DNA from: Mobula hypostoma | Taxonomy: Eukaryota | Assembly: GCF_963921235.1 (NCBI RefSeq) | Contig: NC_086115.1 | Location: 12,896,001-12,960,000 of the forward strand | DNA length: 64,000 nt | Direction of reading: 5' to 3' | Part shown: positions 12,290 to 23,145 of the stretch, piece by piece | Position numbering within the stretch: the stretch's first letter is position 1 | Layout: each line of letters starts with the position of its first letter | Program-made: the position numbers and the translations under genes | The notes under the pieces: model-generated | The model's database searches: none | What the model saw: only the letters and a program-made list of their open reading frames with translations | What the model was told of the DNA's origin: nothing

Positions 12290-12905
12290 TACCCATTTCA
12301 ATTCACTTCCTATTCCCTCACTGACATATCTGTCCACAGCCTCCTCTACTACCACAATGAGGCTAGATGCAGACTGGAGGAGAAACACTTCTTATTCCGG
12401 CTTGGTAATCTCCAACCTGACAACATCAACACTGATTTCTCCAACTTCTGGTAACCCCTCATTTCCATCTTTCTAAACACTCCCCCCACCCCCCATTTAC
12501 CCACATCCTAAAACTTCCTCACTTGTTCTCTTCCCCTCCCCACCTTCACAATCTGCTCATCGTTTCCCTCTGGTCACCCACCTCCTTCCCTTTATTCCAT
12601 GACCTACTGTCCTCTCCAATCAGATTCTTTTTTTCCTCAGTCCTTTGCCTTTTCCACCTAATGCCACAGTTTCTCATCATTCCTTATCATCGCACCCTCC
12701 TCCACTTACCCATTACCTGCCAGCTTGTACAGCTCCTCCTCCCTTTTTATTCTGCTTCTGCCCTCTTCCCTTTCAGTTCTCATGAAAAGTCTCGGCCTGA
12801 AACATCAAATGTCATCTCCTTCCATAGATGCTGTCTGACCTGCTGTTCTTCCATAATTTTGTGTACATTGCTCAAGATTTCCAGTATCTGCAGAATCGTT
12901 TGGGT
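12290..12905 (+). mobile_element. Degenerate Penelope-like element 3' end
   Basis: RLEEKH..FRLG.LQP..INxDFSNF-like remnant followed by the pyrimidine-rich terminal repeat and a decayed hammerhead near 12775-12815. Confidence 0.7.
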
Positions 12906-13528
12906 CTTGACTCTGTCCTTATTTACTATCTTGTTACCTCATTCTATACAATAGCTTCTAGCATTTTCTCCATTACTGATGCCTGAGGTTTACAGTTTTC
13001 TCTCTCCCTCATTCTCATATAATGTCATTGCATTTCCTACCAATCAGTGGTGCTTTATAATCTGCAGAATTCTGGGTAATGATAACCGATGCTGCTTGTG
13101 CTGTTCTGCTGAACATTGTGGGCATGCTGTGTTGGCACCAGAATGTGTGGTGACACTTGTCGGCTGCCTCCAGCATATTATTGGGTGTGTTTGTTATTAA
13201 CACATGCAAAACATTTCACAATATGTTTCAATGTATGAGTAATAAATCTGAATCTACTACTATCACAGCTACCTTCTTTAGGATGCAAAAATTATCAGGC
13301 CCTGCAGTTTTATTGCCTCTTGGTGCCATTAATCTAGCATTATTTACTAAGTTTTAATTTCCTCTGGTTCCTTGCCATTAGGCTCTCAATTCCCCTACAT
13401 TACAAGAAAATTACTTCTGCTCTGTGAAACTAGAATCAAAGTATTTGCTTAATTGCTTTGTTGCCCATTTCTGACTCAACAGAACCTACACTTGAATTTA
13501 CCAATCATTTCCTTATTTGTCAAAACTT

Positions 13529-14135
13529 CTACAGTCCACCTAATATCTCCACAAGAAGGGTCAGAGCCGTCTCTATTTCCTGAGGAGACTGAGGTCCTTT
13601 AACATCTGCCAGACGATGCTGAGGATGTTCTACGAGTCTGTGGTGGCCAGTGCTATCATGTTTGCTGTTGTGTGCTGGGGCAGCAGGCTGAGGGTGGCAG
13701 ACACCAACAGAATCAACAAGCTCATTCGTAAGGCCAGTGATGTTGTGGGGATGGAACTGGACTCTCTGACGGTGGTGTCTGAAAAGAAGATGCTGTCTAA
13801 GTTGCATGCCATCTTGGTCAATGTCTCCCATCCACTACATAATGTACTGGGTGGGCACAGGAGTACATTCAGCCAGAGACTCATTCCTCCGAGATGCAGC
13901 ACAGAGCATCACAGGAAGTCATTCCTGCCTGTGGCCATCAAACTTTACAACTCCTCCCTTGAAGGGTCAGACACCCTGTGCCGATAGGCTGGTCCTGGAC
14001 TTATTTCATAATTTACTGGCATAATTTACATATTACTATTTAACTATCTATGGTTCTATTACTATTTATTATTTATGGTGCAACTGTAACGAAAACCAAT
14101 TTCCCCCTGGGATCAATAAAGTATGCCTATGACTA
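13529..14135 (+). mobile_element. Relatively young 5'-truncated Rex1/Babar-like LINE
   Basis: Uninterrupted C-terminal ORF (LRMFYESVVASAIMFAVVCWG...HPLH...RKSFLPVAIKLYN), a 3' UTR with AATAAA and a short-repeat tail. Confidence 0.75.
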
Positions 14136-14539
14136 AACATTTACTCTCCTACTCTAGTTTTGTTCTCCTTTGTCTTTATTTGAGAAACCTCCCCTGCTCC
14201 CAACTCAAGTTTTCCGCCAGTTGTGACAATCCTATATAGACTCTTATTTGAATCAAATATCAACATTAACTTATTTTGTTAGTCTCAATCAAATCATTTT
14301 CCATTTTTATGCCAGCTGGGAATGGATACCTTCACAAGGCAAGTATGTGGCTGTTCATCATCTATCCATCAGCAAGTCTTTAAACCCCAGTCTAGCATAA
14401 TCAATTCAAAACTCACGTCTTCAAAAACGTTATTATGTTTAGAGTTTGCATACTAGCCTTATATTTAACTACTTCACCTTCTTTCAAAGCTGTCAAGGGA
14501 AAAAGGAGGACTGTTGGGATACTTGTGACAAACCAGAGC

Positions 14540-14765
14540 TTCCCACCGCTGTCTGTAAGGTGTTTGTACGTTCTCCCTGTGACAGCATGGGTTTCCACCG
14601 GGTGTTCCAGTTTCCTCCCACAGTCCAAATATGCATCGGTTGATATGTATTGATCATTGTAAGTTGTCCCATGATTAGGCTAGGGTTAAATCGGGGTTGC
14701 TAGGCAGCATGGTTCGAAGGGCTAGAAGGGATTATTCCGTACTGTATCTCAATAAGTAAATAAAT
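14540..14765 (+). mobile_element. HE1/V-SINE-like SINE
   Basis: Core ...tgtacgttctccctgtgac..gggtttcc..gggtg.tcc.gtttcctcccaca..ccaaa; related copies at about 28255, 35100, 36770, 37440, 56760 and 61830 (+) and 40380, 48990 and 63290 (-). Confidence 0.65.
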
Positions 14766-14995
14766 TTAAATCATTTTTAACCTGCTCTCCACTATACTCC
14801 CATTACATTGCTTACATAGACAAGTCAAAGTAATTCAGAAGTAAATTTATCCTGAAAAAAAACTAGACATTTTCCATTTGTATACATTAAATACTACACT
14901 CTCTTTATCGCCCCTTTACAAGCTTTACAAGGTGCATTAGATTAAAAAACAGTATATTTCCGTCACCATCCCACTTCCCACCAATATAATTGGAT

Positions 14996-15125
14996 AACAT
15001 GAGAAAATCTGCAGAAGCTGGAAATCCAAAGCAACAACACAAAATGTTGGAGGAACTTAGCAGGTCAGGCAGCATCTATGGAATAAGAGTAAACAGTCGA
15101 CGTTTCGGGACCCTTCTTCAGGACT
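14996..15125 (-). mobile_element. Solo Penelope terminal unit with hammerhead motif (stem II shortened)
   Basis: Minus strand AGTC CTGAAGA A GGGTCCC GAA ACGTC GACT at 15125-15095, followed by the family 3' end. Confidence 0.7.
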
Positions 15126-15580
15126 TCGTTAGTTAGCTCGAAGAATACGAGGCAAGGTTTAGAGTAGATAAAGCGTGGGTAAATCAGAAATCGCATTAAA
15201 CTCCTTTCACGATCCCCACCACCAAAACATAACACAAGAGCAACAAGAGTACAGCCTCAGAAGAAAAATGATTATTGCAAATATCCATCACAGAAATCAC
15301 TTCCAGGTTAAAAAAAAACAACCTTAAACGTGTCACAATACCATCACAACATCGCATTGCATGTTACGATGCCTCATCTGAAATCTCTGCAGCAGTTTCC
15401 ACAGGGCAAGTATACGCGCACCATTTCCTTTCAAAGGCAGTAAGAGAAGGGGAAGGGAATGGGAAAGAAACAAACGCCAATGCCAAAGGCTGCAAAAATA
15501 AAGCCAACGGGCAAGGTACACAGTGGGGGCAGGAAAGAAAGGAAGGTGATGATTAGAAGGGGGAAGGGACAGGGAGACAG

Positions 15581-15665
15581 ACTACAATTCCCATGATGCC
15601 CGGTGAAACATCATATCACTGCGCACGCGCGACGGCCTGATGCTTCGGATCTCCACTCCGCGCAC
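15581..15665. promoter_or_regulatory. ZNF143/THAP11-type motif plus NRF1-like CpG element in LCOR intron 1
   Basis: ACTACAATTCCCATGATGCC at 15581-15600; TGCGCACGCGC at 15620-15630. Confidence 0.6.
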
Positions 15666-16052
15666 TGCCTCTCCCCTTTATATTTTTAAAAAAACTAATG
15701 GCTTACTTCATAAAACGGACGAAAAGTAAATGGTTGAAACGGGGAGCAGGGTGATAAAAGAGCTAAAATACAAACGGAACAGTCTTGAGAAAAAAGAGGA
15801 ATATCTCCAACTGAAGAATACCGATAAACCTGAGGTAAAATATTAATTTAACCAAACGGTGATTAATAATATCGGGCGAGGAAGAGAATGTTTGTATTTT
15901 GTGATGACGGTCAGCATATTTGAGCAATTTATTTTGGGACACGAGCACTTAAGTATAAACTGTCGATGGAGAGGTGGTCGGGGGGAGAGGAGTTCTGCTC
16001 CTTTTAACCGTATCCTTCTCGATTCCCGGGAAGGAGAGTAAGTAAGGCTTAC

Positions 16053-16149
16053 CTACACAGCGGATAACTTTGTGCCTCCAAGTGTCAAGCTCCTGTCGAC
16101 AGCCAAGCCTTTCCTTCGAACAGTGTTGACCGTGATACGGGCTGGCCAT
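16053..16149 (-). CDS. LCOR: LCOR-like coding exon 1 (ligand-dependent nuclear receptor corepressor, N-terminal extension)
   Basis: MASPYHGQHCSKERLGCRQELDTWRHKVIRCV then G|GTAAGC donor. It resembles the recalled LCOR/LCORL N-terminus (C..ERRGFR.ELDSWRH.L.HCVG), and LCOR and EXOSC1 both lie in human 10q24. Confidence 0.8.
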
Positions 16150-16520
16150 GTTCTAACGGGGTTGCGTTTGGGGTAAGAAGTGGGTTGGGGGAGGGGGTTA
16201 AACTGTTCCATAAGCATCCAACCCCTCTCCTCCTCCTCCTCCTCTTCCACCACCTCTGCCGTCGCCGTCGTCATCAACGACAACAACACGGTGACGGCGG
16301 CCGTAGGAAGGAGGCGGGGCGATGAGGCGACGGGTCGGACGTGCGCGCACCCATACCTGCCTGGGTGCCCGAGTGCGCAGTCTCGCTCCGAATTGGCTGA
16401 TGTGGGTTTAAGGGGAGCAACCGTGCACGCCCACACGCGCGCCCTCCAGTCCCCGAGTCGGCATGACGTAACCACGCAGCGTGGGTCACCTGGATTAAAG
16501 AGGTAGGAAGTGAGGAGGGG
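16150..16520 (-). promoter_or_regulatory. CpG-rich promoter and 5' leader of the LCOR-like gene
   Basis: High CpG density; CRE/ATF-like TGACGTAA at 16464-16471; CCAAT on minus at 16396-16392; (GAG)n tract near 16225-16245. Confidence 0.7.
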
Positions 16521-16697
16521 AGCAGGAGTGTGGGGTCTTGTTGGGCTGATGGTATGGCCACTAATGGTCCTCTGTCATAGAAAAGTACGGCGCAGAAATA
16601 GGCCCTTTGGCTCATCCAGTTCTTGCCGTACCATTTAAACTGCCTAGTTCCATCTACCAGCACCCTCTATACCTCTTCATCCATTACTTATAGATAG

Positions 16698-16930
16698 GCA
16701 TCTGTTAGTCTCATGAAACCATGAACTTGGAAGGTTTCCAGGCCGCAGGCCTGGCAAGGTTGTATGGAAGACTGGCAGTTGCCCATACTGCAAGTCTCCC
16801 CTCTCCACACCTCCAATGTCACAGAGCAATTTGTGGTTAAGTGCCTTGCTCAAGGACACAACACACTGCCTCAGCTGAGGCTCGAACTAGTGACTTTAAG
16901 ATCACTAGACCAACACCTTCACCACTTGGC
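16698..16930 (-). mobile_element. tRNA-derived SINE-like repeat
   Basis: Reverse-complement match to 18390-18628 (gtccttgagcaaggcacttaacc...ggagaggggagacttg...). Confidence 0.6.
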
Positions 16931-16934
16931 CAAA

Positions 16935-17380
16935 TTGAGCTTGTATTCGCCTCTTGTATCTTGTCTCCCACTCTCATGGCCCTCTGAGTGAAGGTGTTTC
17001 CTCTCATGTTCCCCTTAAGCTTTTCACCTATCACTCATGATCTCTAGTTGTCCCACCCAACCTCAGTGGAAAAAGTTTGCTTGAATTTACCCTGTCTATA
17101 CCACTCATCATTTTGTGTACCTCTATCAAATCTCCCCTCAATTTTCTACATTCCAAGCAAAGAAATGCTAACCTATTCAATCTTATCTTAGAACGCAGGT
17201 CCTCTAGTCCTGGCAACATACTTGTAAACTTTCTCTGTACTCTTTCAACCTTGTTTACATCTTTGCTGTAGGTAGGTGATCAATACTCCAAATTAGGCTT
17301 CACCAACATCTTGTACAATTTCAACATAACATTCCATCTCCTGTAGTCAATATGTTTGTTGATTTATGAAGGCCAATCAG
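16935..17380 (-). mobile_element. CR1-like LINE 3' fragment
   Basis: MLPGLE...RLNRL...LRGDLIEVHKMMSGIDRV motif; the tail part lies at about 16575-16697, beyond the SINE. Confidence 0.7.
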
Positions 17381-18389
17381 ATTCCTTCCTCATCAGTGTT
17401 TTGTTTTGAAAATTCTAAAAAAAATTGAAAGGAAAACAAAGGAGTCAGGACATAACTTGTGCACGAAAGTTTTTTTTACTGTAGCAAAGTGTACACATAC
17501 AACATGGTGGCATGATGACATGCCATTTATATACAACCCATAATTAAATGAACAAGCATGCTGAATCAAATGATATATTTACAATATTACTTAAAATATG
17601 ACTGAAATATTAAATACTCATCAGCCCTTTACTTCTTACAACTTACTTCCACCCCCTCCCCACCCACTTTCCCCTCACCAGGTCTCACCTATCACCTCCT
17701 CCCACCTTATTCTGGCCTCTGCTCCCATCCTTTCCAGTGCTGATGTAGGGCCTAAAGCATTGGCTATTTATTCCTCTCCATAGTTGCTGCCCGACCTATG
17801 AGCTTTCTGACATTTTGCATGTGCTGCATCTGTGGTGCTATGGTTTCGTCTAGGATGATCTAGAAACTGTACTTGGAGGTGTGCAGATACCTAAGAGGGT
17901 TACTGGACTGGGTGGAATTGTCATGTGTACTGGGATTCAGTGGAAAATCTTGTCTTGCATACTGTTCAAACAGATCAAGTAATTACATTGAGGTAGGACA
18001 AAGTAAAACAGTAACAAAATGCAGAAATATGAAACAGGGTCACCTCTTTTTCCCTTATTAAGGAGAGAGAGTGAGGGCCTGTGGTATGTCGAATTACGGG
18101 GTGAACGAGTGGTCTTTGGTGTACTGCAAGTCTGTGTCTTTATTGATGTTTTGCTGCACGCTTGCGTGCTCGGTGGGGACTGCCAATGTTTTTTTTGCTG
18201 GTGGGGAGGGGGGATTATTTATTTGCTGCTGCTTATGCGTGGGGGGAGCTGGGGTTCTAACATTTAACTGTCATTCATTCTTTGGGGCACTCCTCTGTTT
18301 TTGTGGATGGCTGCGATGAAAAAGAATTTCAGGATGTATATTGTATACATTTCCCTGACATTAAATGTATCTATAGAGTGTTCAAAACG

Positions 18390-18628
18390 TCGCCTGAGGC
18401 AGCGTGTTGTGTCCTTGAGCAAGGCACTTAACCACACATTGCTCTGCAACAACACCGGTGCCAAGCTGTATCAGCCCTAGTGCTCTTCCCTTGGACAACA
18501 TCGGTAGGGTGGAGAGGGGAGACTTGTAGCATGGGCAACTGTCGGTCTTCCATACAACCTTGCACAGGCCTGTGCCCTGGAAACCTTCCAAGGCGCAAAT
18601 CCATGGTCTCACGAGACTAACGGATGCC
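18390..18628 (+). mobile_element. tRNA-derived SINE-like repeat (same family as 16698-16930)
   Basis: Shared body and ...gagactaacggatgcc 3' end. Confidence 0.6.
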
Positions 18629-19916
18629 TGTGAATATAGAGTACAGCTACAGAGAAAGTGTGGTGCAGGTAAACAATAAGGATCAAGATCATAAAGAAAT
18701 AGATTGCAATGTCAAAAGTCCATCTTATCGTACTGGTGAACCATTTAATAGTCTTATAACAGCAGGGTATATATGGTCTTTGAGCTTGGTGATACTTGCT
18801 TTCAAACTTTTATATCTTCTGCCCGATGTAAGGGAAAGAAAAGAGAATGCCCAAGGCTACAGAGTTGGGTCAAGCTGAGACTGTCAAGGGATAAGAGTTT
18901 TAAAATCAACTTGTTCCTTTAAGGACCTTCAGATTTCACATTAGTTTATTGTCATATACTGAGAAATATTTGCCTTCTTCCCGTTAACAACCGTTGGGAT
19001 ACAGAAGCATGAAGACGGATACTCAACGATTCAAGAGCAACCTCTTCAGGTTTCTGAATGGTCCACAAACTCATGAACACCACCTTGCTCCTTTTTTAAC
19101 ACTACATTTATTTTATTTTGAAATTTATGTCTTTGCACTGTAATGCTGACGCAAAACAACAAATTTCATGTCATAAGACAGTGATAATAAACCTGATTCT
19201 GATTCTGGCAAGATCATGACTGATTGGCAATCGGTTTATTATTGTCCATGCTTTGAGATACAGTGAAAAACTTCTTTTTCAATGCCATCCAATCACGTCA
19301 TCACATCAGTGCATTCAGGTAGTTCAAGGAAAGCAATAACAGGATGTAGAATAAAGTGATACAGTGCAGAGGAAGTGTAGTGCAGGCAGACACTAAGTTC
19401 AAGGCCATAATGAGGTAGGTGATGGGGCCACAAGTCCATTGTATTGCACTAGGGGACCGTTCAATAGCAATTGTATTGATTCTCCAGGAAATCAGCAGAT
19501 TGAGCAATATTGGAATTGGTTTATTATTGTCACATATACTCATATACAGTTAAAAACTTGTCTTGCATACTGTTCATACAGATCAAATCATTACACAGTG
19601 CTTTGAGCTAGAATAAGATAAAACAGTAATCATGCAGAATAAAGTGTAAAAGCTACCAGAAAAAGTGCAATGTTGTTAAATGATAAAGTGCAAGATCATA
19701 ACAAGGTAGATGTTAAGGCAAAGAGTCCATTCAAGAGGTCTTCAAAAGTCTGATAATAGTAGGATAGAAGTTGTTCTTGTGCTTGATGGTATGTGCTTTC
19801 AGCTCCTGGAGAATGGAAGATCACCAGACTTGTAAGAAGATTTAAAAGTAATATTTAAAGATGGAGAATTTAGACTTTAAATGAGTAGAGCGATTGCGAT
19901 ACAAGTAATGAGAGGA

Positions 19917-19968
19917 TCTGCAGGGGGCAGCTTGCAATGAGTTGCCGAGCTCCAGCGCCATCTGTGGG
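19917..19968. promoter_or_regulatory. Two candidate CTCF motifs in opposite orientation
   Basis: TCTGCAGGGGGCAGC (+, 19917-19931) and CCCACAGATGGCGCTG (-, 19968-19953) in a non-repetitive CpG-containing patch. Confidence 0.45.
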
Positions 19969-22316
19969 CGGAAAAAGGAATTGTCGCTGTTTTGAAACCC
20001 TGCCCTGATGTTGAGCTCGACTGCTGCCTATTTTTTTTTGAAAAGGTGTCCTCAGGACCTCACTGATGACTCGTTATCACAGGTGTGTGTCTTCATGGCT
20101 AATTCTCCCCATATCCCTAATTGCTACCATCAGGGAGGGGGTACACAAGCCTGAAGCTGCACACCCAGTGTTTTAGGAACAGCTTCTTCACTCCACTATT
20201 GGATTTCTGTATGGGTCCACAAATCCATGAACACTACCTCACTTTAAAAAATATTTCTTATTGTAACTTACTGTGATTTTTTAAATATGTATTTCACTAT
20301 ACTGTGCCACAAAATAACAAATTTCACGACGTAAGTACTATGCAAAAGTCTAACTATAAATGTCACTAAGATTTTTGCATACTAATGTATGACAATGATT
20401 TTTTTTAATCCTCGATCTGATTCCCTTTTTTACAAAAATCTGTTAATTTCTATATTGAATGTAATTAAGGACCATACATCCTTGACTGTCTGCATAGAAT
20501 TGCATTGGGTAAATGAAAGAAAAAAATTTTGTCTCAGTCCTACAGTTGAACCCTTATTCTGAGACTATTCCCCCAAGTTCCAGATTCTCCAACCTGACAG
20601 TCATAGTGTCATGGAGCATTGTGGCTCAGAAACAGGCCTGTCTAGTCCATACCGAATGTTATTTTGCCTAGTCCCATCAACCCATACCTGGGCCATAGCT
20701 CTATGTACCCTCCCATCCATGTACTTATCCAGATTTCTTTTGTTGAAGTCTTTAAGCATTAACCTCCAAAGCCCTCTCAAAATCATGTACATCACAATAA
20801 GATTGCGTCTCATACCTCTATTCAAATTCGAGTTTGAAGTTCATTGTCATTCAATCATACACCTTAACAAAAGAGTCGTTCCTCTGAGGCCAAGGTGCAA
20901 AACACAGTACATACAGTCTGACACAGTACATATAGTTATCATCCAGCACATACAGTCACAAAATTAGCACTAATCTGAGTGGCATGGCCTGAAAATTGGC
21001 AGCATAAAGTGCGAGTTGCATGTTTATGTAAGACAATATAATATTATCGACAGAAGCTCAAAGAGATTGTGGGAAAGATAGGAGGGGTCTTTGACAACGC
21101 GGGAGACAATGCTTAGGCGGCGATTCTGAAATATGCCCTAATGGGGGTGGGGGGGGGAGGGATGAGCAAGAACTTGACCTTGATGATCTTTTCAGTGAAA
21201 TGTATTATTTGTATTAGCAAGCAGCACATCTAAGGGTGTGCTGGGCGAAGCCTACTGGCACAATCATAGAATATCCGCAATGCTCAGAAGAACTACACAA
21301 AACACAAGCAACAAAACAAGCCCATTCCTCCATCCCATCCATGCACAAACACAGTCCTATAACCCCAAGACAGTCGTTTTCTTAGGTCTCCAGCCTCCAG
21401 CAGTCTCAGATTCAGTCTTGTACACACAGTTGTTAGACCTTCGACTACCCCAGCAGACACGCAGAGATTTGCAGAACTGGAGCTCTGGCCACGGGGCTTC
21501 AATTTACAGAGATCGCAGCTCATTGCCTTTTTGAGGATCATGCTCTGCTAATACAGATTAATCTTAATCTGTCCTTTTAAATCAATATACTTGACCCAGG
21601 AATGAACTTGGATAATCTGCCCTGCCTCCAAGGCAAATATATCCTTACCATCTCACTGACTTTAGCCTTCATATTTACTCTAAAACGGCCAAAATAAGTG
21701 CTTTCTGTAACCGGTATAGTGTGTGTCAGTAATGCAGCCACAAACTAAGCTCTCCAGTGGTAGAATGTTCCTACAACTGCACGACGGTCATCCAGTCGAT
21801 CCCACTAGTCTCCCTGGTGCTTGTCTGTATGCATGGGCTGAATGTAGGTTGGGTGCTCATAACCTGTAAAGGACTTGTTTCATGTACTTGTGCACATGAC
21901 AGTAAACTCAACTTTGACTTTGGGATTTGGCATTGACAATTTTGCCCTAAATTGTAATCTGCTGTTTGTCATTTGTTCCAAACGCAAATTTGAGAAAGGT
22001 TGTCAAACATTCTTGCCTCATGCCCTCAATGACAACTTCAGGTCACAAAAGGCCTGTATAATAATTTAAGCTGCTCAGCAGATGTATTTTGCACATGTTC
22101 ACGAGTGAAGTTCATGCCCTGTGTGTCTTTGGATGTGATTTGGAGGGCAACTCTTAAGCCACTGGAAGAGACTGTTGAGGACGACCCTGGTGCTGACTTC
22201 CCATGTGGCTTCCCAGGAGCACTGCTCTTGTTACCACGGTGAAATTTGTCTCCCACCTTGTAGGTCATTATGACAGCATTTTTGTTCAGATGTGAAAATG
22301 AAGTTGCAATTTTATG

Positions 22317-23145
22317 CAAACACGAGGAAATCTGCAGATGCTGGAATTTCAAGCAACACACATAAAAATTGCTGGTGAACGCAGCAGGCCAGGCAGCACC
22401 TATAGGAACAGGTACAGTCGACGTTTCGGGCAGAGACCCTTCGTCAGGACTAACTGAAAGAAGAGATAGTAAGAGATTTGAAAGTGGGAGGGGGAGGGTG
22501 AGATCCAAAATGATAGGAGAAGACAGGAGCGGGAGGGATGGAGCCAAGAGCTGGACAGGTGATTGGCAAAAGGGATATGAGAGGATCATGGGACAGGAGG
22601 CCTAAGGAGAAAGAAAGGGGGAGGGGGGAAGCCCAGAGGATGGGCAAGGGGTATAGTGAGAGGGACAGAGGGAGAAAAAGGAGAGAGAGAGAGTTAATAA
22701 TAAATAAATAAATAACGGATGGGGTACAAGGGGGAGGTGGGGCATTAACGGAAGTTTGAGAAGTCAACGTTCATGCCATCAGGTTGGAGGCTACCCAGAC
22801 GGAATATAAGGTGTTGTTCCTCCAACCTGAGTGTGGCTTCATCTTTACAGTAGAGGAGGCCATGGATAGACATGTCAGAATGGGAATGGGACGTGGAATT
22901 AAAATGTGTGGCCACTGGGAGATCCTGCTTCTCTAGCGGACAGAGCGTAGGTGTTCAGTGAAACGGTCTCCCAGTCTGCGTCGGCTCTCGCCAATATATG
23001 GAAGGCCGCATTTGGAGCACCGGACGCAGTATATCACCCCAGCCGACTCACAGGTGAAGTGTCACCTCACCTGGAAGGACTGTCTGGGGCCCTGAATGGT
23101 GGTGAGGGAGGAAATGTAAGGGCATGTGTAGCACTTGTTCCGCTT
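22317..23145 (-). mobile_element. 5'-truncated Penelope-like element (GIY-YIG endonuclease end plus terminal repeat)
   Basis: Minus-strand translation includes VIYCVRCSKCGLPYIGES.RRLGDRFTEH...VATHFN...RLEEQHLIFRLGSLQPDGMN; possible 8-bp TSD ATTTTATG (22309-22316 and 23146-23153). Confidence 0.88.
22416..22451 (-). ncRNA. Minimal hammerhead ribozyme motif in PLE terminal repeat
   Basis: AGTC CTGACGA A GGGTCTCTGCCC GAA ACGTC GACT; all core positions intact. Confidence 0.75.

Noticed and set aside
22038-22767. Pro/Leu/Ser-rich ORFs (also 44763-45824 and 60083-60730)
   Set aside because: They are translations of the pyrimidine-rich Penelope terminal repeat or off-frame PLE sequence.
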